Shown here in pieces: positions 61,296 to 64,000 of a stretch of 64,000 bases of DNA (position 1 is the first letter of the stretch; each line of letters opens with the position of its first letter). The translations under genes and the position numbers were made by a program. The stretch lies in the NCBI GenBank assembly GCA_965216785.1, contig OZ244197.1:992001-1056000 (forward strand), read 5' to 3'. Under the pieces are notes generated by a model. The model was not told the origin of the DNA, searched no databases, and saw nothing but the letters and a program-made list of their open reading frames with translations. This DNA comes from Thermodesulfobacteriota bacterium (GTDB taxonomy: Bacteria > Desulfobacterota_D > UBA1144 > Nemesobacterales > UBA2774).

Positions 61296-61439
61296 ATGAG
61301 TGATAACAACGCTTCAGACAACAACGTACCAAATTCCTACCCGGGGCTATTTGCGGTTGCCTCTTTTTTGATCTTGCTGGCCACAGCGCTCTTGGCCGTA
61401 GGCGGGATCTACTTTAGCTTCATCAATCCTTCTTTTTAG
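61296..61439 (+). CDS. 47-aa single-pass membrane protein (not in the ORF track)
   Basis: MSDNNASDNNVPNSYPGLFAVASFLILLATALLAVGGIYFSFINPSF*; GAGGT RBS and promoter upstream. Confidence 0.65.
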   Translation: MSDNNASDNNVPNSYPGLFAVASFLILLATALLAVGGIYFSFINPSF

Positions 61440-61752
61440 TCCTCTCTATTAATTTACACAGGGCATTCTCAATTCTTTAAAAATATTGTATGATTGAACT
61501 GTAATCTATTTTTAAAGGGGGAGAGAAAGAAAGCTCTATTCAAAAAAAGTCTCAGGGCTATTCGCTTTAACCTTTTTACTATTACAAGCGTTTATTATGC
61601 CTACACAGACTGCACAAGTGCAGCAGCCTTTCTTGAAATAGTAGGGCTCTCCGAAGAAGAAAGGTTACGGTTTAGTATAAGGAAAACAGTACAAAATCTA
61701 TTATTTTTTTTTAAAATAAAGCCGACTATCCAGTCTAAAGGAGAATGGAAAA

Positions 61753-62712
61753 ATGAGAAAGTTTCTATTATTAACTTTAATGTCAGTAAGCGTTTGCTTT
61801 GCATACAGCCAGATTACTTTTGCTGCTTGCGGCGGCGGACCTACGGTATATACGTGCGACACTGCCGATCCCAACCCCGACCCCACAGGTATTCAGGAGG
61901 AGACTAACGACAACACCCTTACCGTTAACGTATTGCCCGGAGCTGGCATTGATACCGCTTCGGGAAACGGTGGAAGTGCGATTGATCTGGGCGACGGCGG
62001 AAATACCATAACAGTAGACAACGGAAACTTAATTGGTGCAGATGACGCCGTCGAATCCGCATTTGGTAATGATATGGTAGACATTCTTGGCTCCGACTTA
62101 ACAGCAGGTGACGACTGTGTAGAAACCAGTAGTGGAAACGATACCGTTAACATGACTGATACGACCTGCTTACTAGTTGGTAATGCAGGCGATGGGTTGG
62201 AGCTAGCCAGCGGTAACGACACGGCAAGCGTTCTGCGCTCAACGATAACATGTAATCCTACCAACTCTGGCTGCGAGGCGATAGAAGGCGGTAACGGAGA
62301 AGACGATGTAACCGTTGTGGAATCAACACTCCGAGGCGGTGGTGTCAATCCGGATGCTATTGCGCTGGGCGGCGGTAACGATATTGCAACATTAGGCACA
62401 GGGTCTAACCTTGAAGGCTTGATTGACTGTGGTAGCAATTTCGACACTCTCATTTTCGCTATGGACGTGCCTGAGGAAGCGGTCGGTCTTATTACTTCGC
62501 AAATTCTAGCAGCAGGTCTCCCCGACGGCAGCATCAGCATAAACAACCTTTTCTATGAGTGGGAAAACTGCGAGCTTCTTGTACCGCAATTAAACGGCGT
62601 ACAAAACGTGAGACCAATCCCCACCCTATCTGAATGGGGACTTATAGCTATGGCTGGAGTATTAGGTCTGGTTGGTTTACTCGCTGTCAGAAGAAAGAAA
62701 GTAACAGCATAA
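61753..62712 (+). CDS. IPTL-CTERM surface protein with beta-helix-like GND repeats
   Basis: Signal peptide; shares TCD..PNPDP.GIQ, FDTLIFAM.VP and PDGS..IN..Y...NC with 38197; IPTL tail. Confidence 0.9.
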   Translation: MRKFLLLTLMSVSVCFAYSQITFAACGGGPTVYTCDTADPNPDPTGIQEETNDNTLTVNVLPGAGIDTASGNGGSAIDLGDGGNTITVDNGNLIGADDAVESAFGNDMVDILGSDLTAGDDCVETSSGNDTVNMTDTTCLLVGNAGDGLELASGNDTASVLRSTITCNPTNSGCEAIEGGNGEDDVTVVESTLRGGGVNPDAIALGGGNDIATLGTGSNLEGLIDCGSNFDTLIFAMDVPEEAVGLITSQILAAGLPDGSISINNLFYEWENCELLVPQLNGVQNVRPIPTLSEWGLIAMAGVLGLVGLLAVRRKKVTA

Positions 62713-62746
62713 TCAGAAATTAACTTAAACAGTACGGTTTATACTT

Positions 62747-62773
62747 AAAAAGGGGAGCTTCGGCTCCCTTTTT
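62747..62773 (+). terminator. Intrinsic terminator (UUCG loop)
   Basis: AAAAAGGGGAGC-TTCG-GCTCCCTTTTT. Confidence 0.88.
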
Positions 62774-62847
62774 CACATGTATAAGTAGACAGTTCCGTTG
62801 TACTTGGGAACCGCAGCTTTAGCGGGAAAATGTTTTGTTAATAAGCA

Positions 62848-62877
62848 GATGGGGGCAGACCGAAGCCTGCCCCATCC
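62848..62877 (-). terminator. Hairpin downstream of the TSP3/hexapeptide gene
   Basis: GATGGGGGCAG-N8-CTGCCCCCATC. Confidence 0.65.
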
Positions 62878-62906
62878 GCACAATCGCCGAGTTCTGTAAA
62901 TTATCG

Positions 62907-64000
62907 TCAGTTAATAACAGCGCCGTCCGGTATATTAGCAAACGAGCGTATCCTTACGCCATCGCCTATGGTTACATCCATGCCGATTCGCACAAAAGCG
63001 CCGATCCGTACGCTGTTGCCGATCACGGTGTTTGCTCCAATCCTCGTGAATGCTCTCACTCTGGTTCCGTCTCCGATACTGACGTTATCACCGATCCTGA
63101 CCGCGAACCCTATTCGTGAATTCATTCCCACTGTGACACCTGAGCCAAGGTTTGAAAATGCCCGGACCCTTGCGCCGTCGCCTATTTCAGAGCCTTCTCC
63201 GACCTGCACGAATATGCCAATAAGCGCGTTGTCACCGATTGTAGAGTGATCGCCCAATACGGCGCCGCTGCGTATTGTTGCACCCTCGCCAATTAAAACT
63301 CCTTCACCGATAGTTACGTTATTTCCGATGTTGGCAGTCGGAGAAACGCAGGCGTCGCCAAACCCGTCCATATTGGTGTCTTCCTGGCCGGGGTTGGCAA
63401 GGAACGGACAGTTGTCTACGTCGCCGCAAACGCCGTCGCCATCTATGTCGTTATCCGGGTCGGCAGGGCACGCGTCGCAAGCGTCCCCAAGCCCGTCACC
63501 GTCCTCATCTTCCTGCCCCGGGTTTGGATCGGCAGGGCAGTTGTCCGCGCTGTCCGGAACGCCGTCGCCGTCACTATCAACGGCTGTTTCCGTTCTCGCG
63601 GGCAGACTGTCGTTTATCCCCAGCCTTACGAAACAGTAATCTTCCGAGCCGCATGATATAAAAACCTCTTCGTCATCGAAAAGACCTACCTCGTAATTCG
63701 AAACCGCACCAAACGCGAAGTACGGAGGGCCGTAATCATCCCGGATGTTCATCACCACTACATCCGATGCCGTCTCAGTGCCTACCGTGCTGTATAAACC
63801 GTAAACCTCGTCGGGAAGAAAATCGTCCAGGCTCGAGCCCGGAGCGCCGGTGAGTATCCCGCTGCAGCCAGGAGCCGTGCAGATGGCTTGTCTTGCGTAC
63901 ATATTCGCACCGTACGTAAATCCGAGGGAATCGGAAATATGTAGATTCCCTGAAAGGAAGTCGTGATCTATAACGCTGCGCGGGCTGGGACAATCATTGA
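62907..64000 (-). CDS. Thrombospondin type 3 repeat + C-terminal hexapeptide (left-handed beta-helix) protein (partial; start lies beyond the window)
   Basis: DSDGDGVPD..DNCP...NPGQED.DGDG.GDAC repeats, then [IV]G....-period hexapeptides; frame is open from 63902 to the window edge. Confidence 0.85.
   Translation of the reverse strand, partial: NDCPSPRSVIDHDFLSGNLHISDSLGFTYGANMYARQAICTAPGCSGILTGAPGSSLDDFLPDEVYGLYSTVGTETASDVVVMNIRDDYGPPYFAFGAVSNYEVGLFDDEEVFISCGSEDYCFVRLGINDSLPARTETAVDSDGDGVPDSADNCPADPNPGQEDEDGDGLGDACDACPADPDNDIDGDGVCGDVDNCPFLANPGQEDTNMDGFGDACVSPTANIGNNVTIGEGVLIGEGATIRSGAVLGDHSTIGDNALIGIFVQVGEGSEIGDGARVRAFSNLGSGVTVGMNSRIGFAVRIGDNVSIGDGTRVRAFTRIGANTVIGNSVRIGAFVRIGMDVTIGDGVRIRSFANIPDGAVIN

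Noticed and set aside
61494-61907. 137-aa ORF upstream of and overlapping the 61753 gene
   Set aside because: AT-rich low-information translation, TTG start without RBS, and out-of-frame overlap with a real gene.

Overview
A 64-kb bacterial chromosomal window made up mostly of housekeeping genes: mnmE (partial), dapL, purB, gshA, clcA, argH/argC/argG, tilS, ihfA, pheT, katG with a divergent OxyR-like regulator, a cysteine desulfurase, gap-pgk-fbaB, rluD-pgeF, queA and an rlmD-like gene. Five intact IPTL-CTERM surface-protein genes plus one relic, together with the gene content, suggest a deltaproteobacteria-like organism such as Ca. Dadabacteria (inference only). I recognised no rRNA, tRNA, CRISPR array or transposase. 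The most notable signals are: (1) a dispersed, modular, hairpin-forming repeat family at 7 loci, including a frame-preserving insertion inside an RDD-family gene and copies at two rearrangement junctions; (2) an AT-rich type II restriction-modification cassette bracketed by two inverted copies of a GC-rich palindromic element; (3) a 61-bp duplication of the 3' end of an ArsA/Get3-like gene bracketing an IPTL-CTERM gene; (4) a putative phosphate-starvation lipid-remodelling cluster (OlsB/OlsA-like, Agt-like and MJ1255-type glycosyltransferases, PAP2-like, divergent PhoU) with 11-bp-phased TTAAC boxes, and two candidate sRNAs with the same box architecture; (5) an unannotated 47-aa single-TM protein divergent from the Get3-like ATPase. 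All alignments and counts were done by eye; no database searches were run.
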